DNA of 64,000 bases from an uncultured Lachnospiraceae bacterium (GTDB lineage Bacteria > Bacillota > Clostridia > Lachnospirales > Lachnospiraceae), in the NCBI GenBank assembly GCA_948436005.1, contig CAOJHI010000001.1, positions 1,791 through 65,790 on the forward strand, given 5' to 3'. The stretch's first letter is position 1, and every line of letters starts with the position of its first letter. Positions 37,918 through 46,727 of the stretch are shown here, in pieces. Below the pieces are notes generated by a model. That model was given only the letters and a program-made list of their open reading frames with translations, ran no database searches and was not told the origin of the DNA. The position numbers were made by a program, and so were the translations under genes.

Positions 37918-40368
37918 ATGAGTAATCATAGACCTAAATATAAAATATTGATTGCAGATGATACGGAGATGAACCGTGAGCTGCTTGCAGAAATGCTGGA
38001 GGATGAATTTGATATCATAGAAGTAGAGAACGGGGCGCAGGTGATTTCCGTATTGCAGGAGCATGCGGCAGAATTGTCGCTGGTACTTCTCGATATTGTG
38101 ATGCCGGAAATGGATGGGTTTGAGGTACTTGCCTATATGAACCGTTATCATTGGATTGACGATGTTCCGGTTATCATGATTTCCTCAGAGACTTCGCCAT
38201 CCTACATTGACCGTGCATATGAATTTGGTGCTACGGATTATATCAGCCGTCCTTTTGATGCAGCAGTTGTACACAGGCGAGTGGCGAATACCATCATGCT
38301 TTATGCAAAGCAGAGAAAACTGACCGATATGGTAGCTGAGCAGATTCATGAGAGAGAAAAGAGTAACAGTCTCATGGTTACGATTCTGAGCCATATTGTT
38401 GAATTCAGAAATGGTGAGAGTGGACTTCATGTGCTGCACATCAGTACATTGACAGAGCTCCTGCTGAAGCATCTGGTACAGAAAACGGACCGCTATCATC
38501 TGAAAAAAAGCGATATTGCACTGATCGGTACAGCTTCAGCCCTGCATGATATCGGTAAGATTTCGATACCGGACGAGATTTTGAACAAACCGGGCAGACT
38601 GACAGCAGAAGAATTTGAAGTAATGAAAAAGCATTCTGTGATTGGGGCCTCAATGCTTGCAGAGCTTCCTTTTTATCAGAATGAGCCTCTTGTTAAGACT
38701 GCATATGAGATTTGCCGCTGGCACCATGAACGGTACGACGGAGGCGGATATCCGGATCAGCTGAAGGGCGAAGAAATTCCGATTTCTGCGCAGATTGTAG
38801 CTCTGGCTGATGTTTACGATGCGCTTACAAGTGAACGCTGTTATAAAAAGGCCTTTTCACATGATGTTGCATTGCAGATGATTCTGGACGGGCAGTGCGG
38901 CGCGTTCAGCCCATTGCTGCTTGAGTGTTTAAGCGAGCTCAGCGAGGTGATTCGAAAGGAACTGCAGAATAATTCTCTGAGTAAGCGCAGCAAAGAAGAA
39001 ATGCATACAATGACAAAGGAATTACTGCAGCAGGAAGAGCTGATTGCTTCAGAGCGTGTGCTTCGGCTTCTTGAATGTGAGCGGACAAAATTCCAGTTCC
39101 TTGCAAATGCATGTGAGGAAATTATTTTTACGTATACCAATACGCCGCCTATTCTTTTCCTGACAGAGTTCAGTGCAAGACAGCTGGGGCTTGATGAGAC
39201 AGTGATTGAGCCCCTGAAAAGTGTTTCTGACCGGGGCGAGGCTCATGAAGAGCTTGTGAAGCGTATCTTAAATCGGGTGAAACTGGCAACGCCGGAAAAT
39301 CCGCTGGTTCAGCTGGACTGCAAAATGATGATTGGCGGCAGCCTGAAGCTGTGCAGGTGCGTATGCCAGACCATGTGGTCTCAGACAGAAGAGCCTGAAT
39401 ACATGGGCATTATTGGCCGTATTTTTGATATTCATGAGGAATACGAGCGTGTGCAGGAAAACAGAGAGGCAGCAGTTTCCTATGCCATGACGGCAAGTCT
39501 TTCAAAGCAGTATGAGAGAGGTTATTTTACGCTGAATCATACAGAGGTAAGAGAGCTTGTCCAGCACCTGAGATTTGTATTTGACATGGTAAGGTTTGTG
39601 GATGCGTCGATCAATGAGCAATACGTGGTAGATGAAAATGGAGAACTGCGCAAAGAACCATACCGTTGCTACGCATTATGGAAAAAAGTAAAGCATTGTG
39701 AGGACTGCATTTCTGCGAAGGTTTTTGCCAGAAAGAACAAAGTGGCAAAATTTGAATTTGTGGGCGAGGATATTTATCACGTGATTGCCATGTACGTGGA
39801 AGTGGAAGGAAAGCCGTATTCGCTGGAAATGCTGTCAAAGCTAACGGATGAGACGCTCATCAGCGCTTATGGGAAGAAAGATCTGGTGGAATCAATTTCC
39901 AGCCATAACAAGAAAATGTACATAGATCCTGTGACAGGTATTTACAACAGGCGTTATTATGAGGACCAGTTAAAAGGACTTACATGTGTGGATGCAGTCG
40001 CCATGCTCGATGTAGATCATTTTAAACTGATCAATGATTCCCATGGACATCAGGTCGGTGATATTGCGCTTCGGCTTATTACCAAGACAATCCTTTCCTG
40101 TGTGCGAAGCTCTGACGCTACGGTGCGGTTTGGCGGGGATGAGTTTATTGTTGCTTTCCGGTCAATTCCGCGTGAGATTTTTGAAGCAAAGCTGGAGCTG
40201 ATACGGGAACGGGTAAGCCAGCTTGTAATGGAAGAGTATTCGGAGCTTGGGTTTTCCGTCAGTATCGGCGGGGCATACGGACCTGCGGGCATGCCGGAAC
40301 TGGTAGAGCGTGCAGATGGGCTGCTGTATGAAGCAAAAGCATTCCGGGACAGTGTGAGAATTGGATAA
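37918..40368 (+). CDS. REC + HD-GYP + GGDEF c-di-GMP signalling protein
   Basis: LLDIVMP; LHDIGK, HHERYDGGGYP; DVDHFK.IND..GH, RSSD, RFGGDEF. Confidence 0.9.
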   Translation: MSNHRPKYKILIADDTEMNRELLAEMLEDEFDIIEVENGAQVISVLQEHAAELSLVLLDIVMPEMDGFEVLAYMNRYHWIDDVPVIMISSETSPSYIDRAYEFGATDYISRPFDAAVVHRRVANTIMLYAKQRKLTDMVAEQIHEREKSNSLMVTILSHIVEFRNGESGLHVLHISTLTELLLKHLVQKTDRYHLKKSDIALIGTASALHDIGKISIPDEILNKPGRLTAEEFEVMKKHSVIGASMLAELPFYQNEPLVKTAYEICRWHHERYDGGGYPDQLKGEEIPISAQIVALADVYDALTSERCYKKAFSHDVALQMILDGQCGAFSPLLLECLSELSEVIRKELQNNSLSKRSKEEMHTMTKELLQQEELIASERVLRLLECERTKFQFLANACEEIIFTYTNTPPILFLTEFSARQLGLDETVIEPLKSVSDRGEAHEELVKRILNRVKLATPENPLVQLDCKMMIGGSLKLCRCVCQTMWSQTEEPEYMGIIGRIFDIHEEYERVQENREAAVSYAMTASLSKQYERGYFTLNHTEVRELVQHLRFVFDMVRFVDASINEQYVVDENGELRKEPYRCYALWKKVKHCEDCISAKVFARKNKVAKFEFVGEDIYHVIAMYVEVEGKPYSLEMLSKLTDETLISAYGKKDLVESISSHNKKMYIDPVTGIYNRRYYEDQLKGLTCVDAVAMLDVDHFKLINDSHGHQVGDIALRLITKTILSCVRSSDATVRFGGDEFIVAFRSIPREIFEAKLELIRERVSQLVMEEYSELGFSVSIGGAYGPAGMPELVERADGLLYEAKAFRDSVRIG

Positions 40369-40376
40369 AATAAAAG

Positions 40377-40413
40377 GCGGGTGCCCTGTATGAAAGATGC
40401 GGGCGCCCGTTTT
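40377..40413 (+). terminator. rho-independent terminator
   Basis: GGCGGGTGCCC...GGGCGCCCGTTTT. Confidence 0.55.
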
Positions 40414-40453
40414 GTGCAGTAAAGATGCAGAAGAGAGAATGGAGGATGCATTT

Positions 40454-41332
40454 ATGTATGAATTAGTACAGATCAGTGAACAGAGTTTTTATATCAACTG
40501 TCCTGCAAAAATAGGAGTTTACCTTGCAGGCGGGGGTGAGGTTTATCTGATTGACAGTGGGAATGACAAGGATGCTGGCAGGAAGGTGCGGCAGATATTG
40601 GAGAAAAATAATTGGCAGTTAAAGGGAATTCTGAATACACATTCCAATGCAGACCATATTGGCGGAAACCGTTATCTGCAAAGCCAGACAGGGTGTAAGG
40701 TTTTTTCCGGTGGAATGGAGGGCGCTTTTACGCAGTATCCTATTCTCGAACCGTCATTTTTATACGGAGGCTATCCTTGCAAAGAACTGCGCCATAAGTT
40801 TTTACTGGCACAGAGCAGTGAAGTGACCGGCTTTCTGGATGAAAGCTTTCCGAAAGAGCTTGAAATCATTCCCCTGCCGGGCCATTTTCTCGATATGGTG
40901 GGATTTCGGACACCGGATGATACGGTGTTTCTTGCAGACTGTATCAGCAGCAGGGCAACACTGGATAAATATGCGATTTCTTTTATCTATGATGTGGAAG
41001 CTTACCTGAAAACACTGGATATGGTAGAAAACATGAAAGCTTCCATGTTTGTTCCAGCACATGCGGAAGTGTGCGCAGATGTACGGGAGCTTGTTCAGTA
41101 TAACCGCGAAAAGGTGTATGAAATAGCAGCACGCCTGAGAGAGATCTGTCAGGAAGCACTGCCGTTTGAACAGATTCTGCAAAGGATATTTGAGGCTTAT
41201 GGGCTTGTCATGAATTTTGAGCAGTATGTTCTGGTAGGAAGCACTGTCCGTTCTTACCTTTCCTGGCTGAAGGACAAGGGAGAGCTGGAAACAGAGTTTC
41301 AGAATAATTTTCTTTTATGGAAAATAAAATAG
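40454..41332 (+). CDS. MBL-fold metallo-hydrolase
   Basis: LIDSG, THSNADHIGG, LPGH, VPAH. Confidence 0.88.
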   Translation: MYELVQISEQSFYINCPAKIGVYLAGGGEVYLIDSGNDKDAGRKVRQILEKNNWQLKGILNTHSNADHIGGNRYLQSQTGCKVFSGGMEGAFTQYPILEPSFLYGGYPCKELRHKFLLAQSSEVTGFLDESFPKELEIIPLPGHFLDMVGFRTPDDTVFLADCISSRATLDKYAISFIYDVEAYLKTLDMVENMKASMFVPAHAEVCADVRELVQYNREKVYEIAARLREICQEALPFEQILQRIFEAYGLVMNFEQYVLVGSTVRSYLSWLKDKGELETEFQNNFLLWKIK

Positions 41333-41340
41333 AGAAAATA

Positions 41341-41373
41341 GCCGGGGCTGCTGCAACATGCAACAACCCCGGC
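41341..41373. terminator. hairpin between convergent genes
   Basis: GCCGGGGCTGCTGCA/TGCAACAACCCCGGC. Confidence 0.6.
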
Positions 41374-41405
41374 TTCTTTCATCTGATAGAATACAAATTT
41401 CTGTT

Positions 41406-41951
41406 TTAGTAATTTTCTGCGTGAATCTCAAAATAACTCTGTGGGTGGCTGCATACCGGACATATTTCAGGAGCATTTGTCCCCACGACAATGTGGCCGC
41501 AGTTTCTGCATTCCCATACTTTTACCTCACTCTTGGCAAATACGGCTGCTGTCTCCACATTTTTCAGAAGTGCACGGTATCTCTCTTCATGGTGTTTCTC
41601 AACCTCACCCACCATGCGGAACTTTTTGGCCAGTTCCGGGAAACCTTCTGCATCTGCGGTCTTTGCAAAATCTTCGTACATATCAGTCCATTCATAATTT
41701 TCACCGTCTGCTGCTGCGGCAAGATTCTGGGCAGTATCGCCGATTCCTTTCAGCTCTTTGAACCAGAGCTTTGCATGTTCTTTTTCGTTATCAGCAGTTT
41801 TGAGGAAAAGTGATGCAATCTGCTCATAGCCTTCTTTTTTGGCCACAGAGGCAAAATAGGTATACTTGTTTCTTGCCTGAGATTCTCCCGCAAAAGCAGC
41901 CTCAAGGTTCTTTTCTGTCTGTGTTCCTGCGTATTTGTTTTTCTGTTCCAT
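41406..41951 (-). CDS. rbr: rubrerythrin
   Basis: [24 protein letters not shown]-terminal CRNC..CPVC. Confidence 0.93.
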   Translation of the reverse strand: MEQKNKYAGTQTEKNLEAAFAGESQARNKYTYFASVAKKEGYEQIASLFLKTADNEKEHAKLWFKELKGIGDTAQNLAAAADGENYEWTDMYEDFAKTADAEGFPELAKKFRMVGEVEKHHEERYRALLKNVETAAVFAKSEVKVWECRNCGHIVVGTNAPEICPVCSHPQSYFEIHAENY

Positions 41952-41979
41952 TTTTAATCTCCCTTCGTTATGAAAAATT

Positions 41980-42342
41980 TTAAAGTTTCTTCTGGCATTC
42001 GCTGCACAGATAATTGATTTTCAGGTCATAGGACAATATGGAAATACGGGTCTGCTTCTGGAGGCTTTTTGTAAGGTCCTCCAGCGTGATGTCTGACAGT
42101 TTTCCACACTTCTGGCATACCAGATGGTCATGCCGCTTTATCTTGTCGTAGCGGTCGGAACAGCCTGGAACAGAAATCTTCCGGATTAACCCCTGCTCAT
42201 ATAAAGAAGATAAATTATTGTACACAGTGGCAAGAACTGTTTTTTTATTCTGTTCTTTTAATTTGAGATAAATCTGTTCTGCTGTCAGATGATCTGTGGA
42301 ATCATTGATCAGTTCTAAAATATATGCAGCGTTTTTCGTCAT
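41980..42342 (-). CDS. Fur-family regulator, PerR-like
   Basis: [29 protein letters not shown]. Confidence 0.88.
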   Translation of the reverse strand: MTKNAAYILELINDSTDHLTAEQIYLKLKEQNKKTVLATVYNNLSSLYEQGLIRKISVPGCSDRYDKIKRHDHLVCQKCGKLSDITLEDLTKSLQKQTRISILSYDLKINYLCSECQKKL

Positions 42343-42418
42343 GCTGTTTTTCCTGTCTGTTGAATATTGGCGTTGAATAATAAGCCTATTTATTACAATT
42401 ACTTGATTAAATATAGAA

Positions 42419-42465
42419 TTAGAATAATTCTAAATATAGAATAACATAAAAATCTCATTTGTCAA
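42419..42465 (-). promoter_or_regulatory. sigma-A promoter with Per-box-like operator
   Basis: TTGACA at 42465-42460; TTAGAAT-A-ATTCTAA at 42419-42433, compared with the B. subtilis Per box TTATAATNATTATAA. Confidence 0.65.
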
Positions 42466-42570
42466 TCTGATTTTGCCAAGAAATTGTTTCCAGAACAAAA
42501 ATGTAGGAAACGAAGTTTTCTATACGATAAAAATCACCGTAACCTTTAAATGATTACGGTGATCCAAACA

Positions 42571-42659
42571 CGGAGATGGAGGGATTTGAACCCTCGCGCC
42601 GGGAGTGCCGGCCTACCGCATTTCGAGTGCGGACCCTTCAGCCACTTGGGTACATCTCC
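42571..42659 (-). tRNA. tRNA-Ser (anticodon CGA)
   Basis: GGAGATG acceptor stem, CCGCA-CTCGAAA-TGCGG anticodon arm, long variable arm, GGTTCAAATCC T-arm; CCA not encoded. Confidence 0.95.
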
Positions 42660-42773
42660 ATATAAAATTTGTGGTGTATATAAAATTGTTAATATTGTCA
42701 GCAATCCATATTCTGTATAAGTACAGAATATCAAAAAACAGATTTACCGTATTTTATTATAGAACACGGTTTT

Positions 42774-43283
42774 TCACCCGTCAACTGCTTCTTTTAAGAG
42801 TTTTTTCTGTTCCCGCAGCTCACGGAAAAAACCGGAGAGCATGGTACTACACTGTTCTTTTAAAATACCGCGTTCCACAAGTACCTGATGATTGAATTCT
42901 GCCATTTCGAGCAGATTCAGAACCGAACCGGCACAGCCAGCCTTGGGGTTCATACTGCCGATGACAGCGCGCGTGATACGGGATTGGACAATCGCTCCTG
43001 CGCACATCTGGCAGGGCTCTAACGTAATATAGATCGTACATCCTTCCAGCCGCCAGTCACCCAGTTTTTTGCTCGCCCGGCGAATGGCATTGATCTCAGC
43101 GTGGGAAGTTGTATTTTTGTCAGTATTTCGGCGGTTGTAGCCGCGGGCAATGATTTCATTCCCGTATACGATCACGCATCCGATCGGGACTTCCTTCAGC
43201 GCGTATGCTTTTTTGGCCTGGCGGAGCGCTTCTTTCATAAAACGCTCATCTGCGCTTGCAGATATCTCCGGCATTGTGACCAT
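42774..43283 (-). CDS. tadA: tRNA adenosine(34) deaminase
   Basis: EVPIGCVIV, HAEINAI, TLEPCQMC; start approximate (the ORF-track start runs into the SRP RNA). Confidence 0.92.
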   Translation of the reverse strand: MVTMPEISASADERFMKEALRQAKKAYALKEVPIGCVIVYGNEIIARGYNRRNTDKNTTSHAEINAIRRASKKLGDWRLEGCTIYITLEPCQMCAGAIVQSRITRAVIGSMNPKAGCAGSVLNLLEMAEFNHQVLVERGILKEQCSTMLSGFFRELREQKKLLKEAVDG

Positions 43284-43306
43284 TTCAAACATCCTTTCAT
43301 CATAAA

Positions 43307-43570
43307 TCCGTGCACCTCCCTTCGAACGCATGCCATAGACGTTACCCTGACAGTTAACTCGATCCAGGCTACCTCACGGCACACAGGAGCTTCCGCTTAG
43401 TGCTGCTTCGTTCCCGACCTGACACGGTTCACGGATTCCTGTTGCGCAAGACCCAGATGTCAACATCACTTATCAGGGGCAGCTCCACAACAGAACGCCC
43501 TCAGTTCGGCATCACCCCTGCTGTAGCGGATTGCAGGTTCAGGGCACCGCTAACTCCCCGGTTGCACGGA
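43307..43570 (-). ncRNA. ffs: signal recognition particle RNA, large (Bacillus-type with Alu domain)
   Basis: S-domain CCGTGTCAGGTCGGGAACGAAGCAGCAC; complementary ends CCGTGCA/TGCACGG; TTGACA-N17-TATAGT promoter at 43606-43578. Confidence 0.92.
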
Positions 43571-43757
43571 CTATCTAACTATACAGGTTTTTAAGGGTTT
43601 TGTCAAGCATTCTGACTAATAAATAAACAAACTCAAAAGAAGCAAACTTATAAGTTTGTAAAAATAAAAAGGAGGAGCAAATGCATCAAAACGATTAAAT
43701 TTTTATAAATTGCACAAATTTGCCTTGCATTTTTTGTGAAAAAGCATATACTACTCA

Positions 43758-43788
43758 TTAGCCAATTAATAATTAGCCAGCTAACTAA
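43758..43788. promoter_or_regulatory. candidate MarR operator
   Basis: tandem imperfect palindromes TTAGCCAATTAA and TTAGCCAGCTAA just downstream of a TTGCAT/TATACT promoter. Confidence 0.45.
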
Positions 43789-43844
43789 GTTTCGGGTTTG
43801 GAAAGGTGCTGCGTAGTTTTTGGGCAGGATTGTGAGGTGAGAGG

Positions 43845-44303
43845 ATGAAGGAAGAATTCAGGGAGGATACGGTAAATTTCTGGTTAGTTCGAATGATACA
43901 TGGCTACACTTCCCTCAGTTTTAAAAAGTTTATGGAGCTGGGTGTGCACCCGGGCCAGCTTCCGGTTTTGAAAAGCGTGTATGAAAATGAGGGAATCAGC
44001 CTGCGGGAGCTGGCGAAAAAGATTCATGTCAGACCGCCGACTGTGACAGTAACCGTGCAGCGTTTGGAAAAGGCGGGGCTGGTATATAAAAAAACGGACC
44101 CGGCCGATTTGAGAGTCAACCACATTTATCTGACAGACGAAGGGAGAAATATCCAGGCCAGAATTCGGGCGTTGCTGGATGAGAATGAATGTACGATGAC
44201 AGCAGGATTTTCGGAGGCGGAACTGCTGACTTTATGCAGTTATTTTCAGCGTATTGTGGAAAATCTGGTGAATGCAGGTGCGGATATTCAGACAGAACAG
44301 TAG
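43845..44303 (+). CDS. MarR family regulator
   Basis: GQLPVL, ELAK.IHV..PTVT..VQRLEK.GLV, DLRV..IYLTDEG. Confidence 0.9.
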   Translation: MKEEFREDTVNFWLVRMIHGYTSLSFKKFMELGVHPGQLPVLKSVYENEGISLRELAKKIHVRPPTVTVTVQRLEKAGLVYKKTDPADLRVNHIYLTDEGRNIQARIRALLDENECTMTAGFSEAELLTLCSYFQRIVENLVNAGADIQTEQ

Positions 44304-44312
44304 GAGGTAATT

Positions 44313-46727
44313 ATGGCAAAACTTGCAAAATATCTGAAAAAGTCAACAGGGTTCCTGATTTTAATTGTAGGCCTGTTGTTTCTTCAGGCATACTGTGATC
44401 TGGCTCTGCCGGATTACACATCAAGAATTGTAAATGAAGGAATTCAGCAAAAGGGAATTGAAGACGGCGTACCGGAAAGACTGCGTGCAGAGACGGTTGA
44501 GAACCTGAAGCTTTTTCTGGATGAAGCACAGCAGAAAACCCTGGATGAGAGCTATGTGCCCGAAGGGGATGAATATGTGCTGAAAAAGCTGTCCGGTGAT
44601 GAGCGGGCGGCTTTGGAGCAGGCTCTTACAAAAGCAGAAATTATTGTGTTAATGCTGACGCAGAATGACGGCATGGCCATGATGGACGATACAGCAGGAA
44701 GCGGCAGCGCATCGGGGCAGGCCAGCGGTACGGCAGCAAATGGAGACGCATCGGGGCAGGCCAGCGGTACAGCAGCAAACGGAGACGCATCGGGGCAGGC
44801 CAGCGGTACGGCAGCAAACGGAGACGCATCGGGGCAGGCCAGCGGTACAGCAGCAAACGGCGGCGCGTCAGAGCAAGGCAGTGATATCGCAGAAAATGGC
44901 GGCTCTCAGGAAGCGGCGGACAACAAGGGCTTCGCAGGCATGCAGCAGATGGAGCTTCCGGAAGGCGTTTCCGCGCTGGATGCAATCAAAGCTCTGCCGG
45001 GATTTCTGCGCACACAGATAACCGCAGCGATTCAGGAGAAGGTTGATACGATTCCGGAAATGATGGCCGGGCAGTATGCGATTCAGTTTGTTTCCACGGA
45101 ATACGAGGCAATGGGGATTGATCTGGACCGGCAGCAGATCGGATATATCATGAGGACAGGGGGAAGCATGCTTTTGCTTGCATTGCTTGCCATGGTGGCA
45201 TCAGTACTTGTGACGTTCTGCAGTGCACGTGTGGCAGCAGCTGTGGCACATGATCTGAGAAATGATGTGTACCGGAAAGTCATCGGATTTACCAGTGAAG
45301 AATTCAATCGCTTTTCCACTGCGTCGCTGATTACAAGAAGTACAAACGATATTCAGCAGATACAGATGCTGCTGGCAATGGGCTTCCGGCTTATTCTCTA
45401 CTCACCGATTCTCGGAATCGGCGGTGTGCTCAAGGTGCTTCAGTCTGACGCATCCATGAGCTGGATTATTGCGCTGGCTGTAGCGTTGATTTTGCTGGTG
45501 ATTCTGGTGCTTTTTAAGGTCGCAATGCCGCGTTTTACAAAGCTTCAGTCGCTGATTGACCGGGTAAATCTGGTTATGCGCGAGATTCTGAGCGGTATTA
45601 TGGTTACAAGGGCGTTCAGTGCAGAGAAGCATGAGGAGGAGCGCTTTGAGAAAGCGAACCGGGATTTGATGAAGACAAACCTGTTTGTAAACCGCTGTAT
45701 GACCTTTATGATGCCGATTATGATGCTGATTATGAACGGCGTGTCTGTTCTGATTATTTATAAAGGTTCGTATGCAGTGGACAGCGGCAGCCTGCAGGTC
45801 GGCGATATGATGGCGTTCATCCAGTATGCAATGCAGATTATTATGTCCTTCCTGATGATTACCATGATGTCCATTATGATTCCAAGGGCAAACGTTGCGG
45901 GAAAACGTATTGCGGAGGTGCTTGGCACGCAGTCTATGATACATGATCCGCAGCAGCCGGAAACACCGGATAAAAATACAAAGGGCGTTGTGGAATTTGA
46001 CCACGTATCTTTTTCTTATCCGGATGCAGATGAGAAGGTGCTTGAGGATATTTGCTTTAAAGCTGAGAAAGGCCAGACGGTTGCTTTTATCGGAAGTACC
46101 GGAAGCGGAAAAAGCACGCTGATTAATCTGATTCCGCGCTTTTTCGATGTGACGGAAGGCAGTGTGCGCGTGGACGGCGTGGATGTACGGAATATGGCCA
46201 AGAAGGATTTGTGCAGTCGGCTCGGGTATGTGCCGCAGAAGAGTATTCTGTTCTCAGGAACCATTGATTCGAATATCCGCTATGGAAAGACTGATGCAAC
46301 ACAGCAGGAAGTAGAGGCAGCTGCGGCAATCGCACAGGCGTCCGAATTTATCGGAGCAAAAGAAGAGGGATATGAGTCTGCGATTGCACAGGGCGGAACG
46401 AATGTGTCCGGCGGACAGAAGCAGAGGCTTTCTATTGCACGTGCGATTGCAAAACAGCCGGAGATTCTGATTTTTGACGACAGTTTTTCGGCACTGGATT
46501 ATAAAACAGACGTTGCACTTCGCCGTGCTTTGAAGGAAGCCACGGCAGACACCACAACGCTGATCGTTGCACAGCGTATCAGCACGATTCTCCATGCAGA
46601 TCAGATCATTGTACTGGATGAGGGCAGAATTGCAGGAAAGGGAACCCACGAGGAGCTGATGGAAAGCTGTGAGGTTTACCGCCAGATTGCCACATCTCAG
46701 TTGTCAGAGGAGGAATTAGCAGGATGA
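44313..46727 (+). CDS. heterodimeric ABC exporter subunit 1 (TMD + NBD) with enlarged loop
   Basis: SLITRSTNDI, GSTGSGKS, VSGGQKQR, FDDSFSALD (degenerate site). Confidence 0.92.
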   Translation: MAKLAKYLKKSTGFLILIVGLLFLQAYCDLALPDYTSRIVNEGIQQKGIEDGVPERLRAETVENLKLFLDEAQQKTLDESYVPEGDEYVLKKLSGDERAALEQALTKAEIIVLMLTQNDGMAMMDDTAGSGSASGQASGTAANGDASGQASGTAANGDASGQASGTAANGDASGQASGTAANGGASEQGSDIAENGGSQEAADNKGFAGMQQMELPEGVSALDAIKALPGFLRTQITAAIQEKVDTIPEMMAGQYAIQFVSTEYEAMGIDLDRQQIGYIMRTGGSMLLLALLAMVASVLVTFCSARVAAAVAHDLRNDVYRKVIGFTSEEFNRFSTASLITRSTNDIQQIQMLLAMGFRLILYSPILGIGGVLKVLQSDASMSWIIALAVALILLVILVLFKVAMPRFTKLQSLIDRVNLVMREILSGIMVTRAFSAEKHEEERFEKANRDLMKTNLFVNRCMTFMMPIMMLIMNGVSVLIIYKGSYAVDSGSLQVGDMMAFIQYAMQIIMSFLMITMMSIMIPRANVAGKRIAEVLGTQSMIHDPQQPETPDKNTKGVVEFDHVSFSYPDADEKVLEDICFKAEKGQTVAFIGSTGSGKSTLINLIPRFFDVTEGSVRVDGVDVRNMAKKDLCSRLGYVPQKSILFSGTIDSNIRYGKTDATQQEVEAAAAIAQASEFIGAKEEGYESAIAQGGTNVSGGQKQRLSIARAIAKQPEILIFDDSFSALDYKTDVALRRALKEATADTTTLIVAQRISTILHADQIIVLDEGRIAGKGTHEELMESCEVYRQIATSQLSEEELAG
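44708..44870 (+). repeat. 39-bp coding tandem repeat x4 (ASGQASGTAANGD)
   Basis: GCATCGGGGCAGGCCAGCGGTACRGCAGCAAAYGGAGAC. Confidence 0.9.

Noticed and set aside
41406-42659. Genomic island integrated at tRNA-Ser
   Set aside because: No integrase, and no duplicate of the tRNA 3' end was noticed in the window.
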